Origin: Octopus vulgaris
Taxonomy: Eukaryota
Assembly: GCA_951406725.2 (NCBI GenBank)
Contig: OX597826.1
Span: forward strand, 1,488,001-1,552,000
Length of the DNA stretch: 64,000 nt
Direction: 5' to 3'
Below, one piece after another: positions 62,528 through 64,000 of the stretch. The translations under genes and the position numbers were made by a program. A model generated the notes under the pieces. That model worked only from the letters and a program-made list of their open reading frames with translations. It had not been told where the DNA came from and did no database searches. The number at the start of each line of letters is the position of its first letter. Positions within the stretch are counted from its first letter, which is position 1.

Positions 62528-62666
62528 TATTAATCAATCCAAACATGAACAAGCAAGAAAAACCAACAACGCGAGGACGTGGAATAAGTACAGTGTTATT
62601 GGACGCTCAGGAAAGGAAAGAAAAGTAAGAGGGTTTCCCGTTTCGAGCGGAGCTCTTCATCAGAAA
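62528..62666 (-). mobile_element. Microsatellite-flanked PLE pLTR-like fragment starting with a minimal hammerhead
   Basis: Minus strand reads TTT-CTGATGA-A-GAGC-tcc-GCTC-GAAA-CG-GG-AAA (62633-62666). The core is canonical but the cleavage dinucleotide is mutated to GG. Confidence 0.65.
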
Positions 62667-62667
62667 T

Positions 62668-62730
<63 letters not shown>

Positions 62731-62812
62731 GAGAGAGAGCAATATATATGGGCTTATAAAAATAATATTATATATACACACACACACACGCCTACATGCA
62801 CATGCATTATGA

Positions 62813-62874
<62 letters not shown>

Positions 62875-63619
62875 TTATATAAAAATGGTGTGTGTGAATA
62901 AGTACATACATACTTTACAATGTTCACACATATCTAAATATATATATAAAACTAAATACATACACACACATATATATATATAACTAAATATACACTCACA
63001 CACACATATATACAAATATATATGAATGTGAGTGTGTGTACACACACACATATATATATATATACATAATACATATACACATACGTACGTACACATATGT
63101 ATATGTATTATATATATATATATATATTTGTACATAAAGTATATATGTATTCACACAGAAACATGAACTCTCTTATTCAAACAATTATACATATATACAC
63201 ATACACACATGCTCTCTCTCTCTCTCTCTCTTTCTCTCACACACACACATGTACATGTATGTTTGCATGTACAAATATTTCTTTTTCAAACTAGTTAAAA
63301 AAGAAGCTCAGACAATTTGTATATTTTCTCCTCCCCCTCCTTTGCATTATGATTCTCTATTGATGCAAATTAAATCAAGTCTCCAGCGAGAACTCTGTAG
63401 TGTACGAGAAACCGGTTGGACAGGTTTAAGACAAAAGGAACCCAGAACTTTAGAATTATAGGCTGAGAAACGCAGCAGTAGTCAGTTTTCTTTATGGATC
63501 ATTTAAAGATTTTATACCTGTTTTTTTTGAATCATGAAAATGAGTACAAACAACTGAACGGTCTTCAAGTATATTTATTTCTCTATTTAGTTATTTAGTT
63601 ATTGTTATTATTATTATTA

Positions 63620-63654
<35 letters not shown>

Positions 63655-64000
63655 TTGTAATGCCGTTTAGGCAATGATTTGGCAGGAATGACATAATGTC
63701 ATATAACCTTGTATATGTCGTTTAGTATTCAAATTCTCTCGAGGTTGATTAATTTGGTTTTTGTTCTTTGGTGTTGTTTTGTTATTGTTTTATCTTTTGC
63801 TTGTTGCAGTCATTGGACTGTGGTCATGCTGGAGCTCTGCCTTGAAGGGTTTTAGTCAACCAGCTCGACCAGGTACCTACTTTTTCAACTTTGTACTTAT
63901 TCTGTCACTCTCTTTTACAGAACTGCGAATTATAGGGACACAAATGAACCAACATTGGTTGACATGGTGAGGGTGGAGACAAACAAAATCACAAACACAC

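Overview
This is an AT-rich, very repeat-dense eukaryotic window. The SINE repertoire and the (TA)n/(CA)n/(GATA)n load suggest a cephalopod (Octopus-like) intron or intergenic region; that assignment is inference. No host protein-coding exon could be supported, and nearly all ORFs in the track are microsatellite or SINE artefacts. The one real long ORF belongs to a 5'-truncated but uninterrupted Penelope-like retroelement (PLE; RT + Cys-rich linker + GIY-YIG; 3987-6773) inserted in (TA)n. The rest is dozens of tRNA-derived SINEs from several modular families, remnants of RTE, RLE-type (HERO-like) and probable CR1/L2 LINEs, a DD37D (maT) transposase relic, a hAT deletion derivative, and mariner- and piggyBac-type MITEs. 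The most interesting signal is RNA-level: about ten hammerhead-ribozyme (HHR) or HHR-like motifs. They include minimal PLE hammerheads with a U3-A8 compensatory core, a short TA-flanked family fixed for an A6U core, and a 243-bp tandem, hairpin-rich, HHR-bearing repeat (26993-27410). That repeat looks like a non-LTR retrozyme and has an unusual insert that could autoinhibit the ribozyme. All coordinates and structures were read by eye and element boundaries are approximate.
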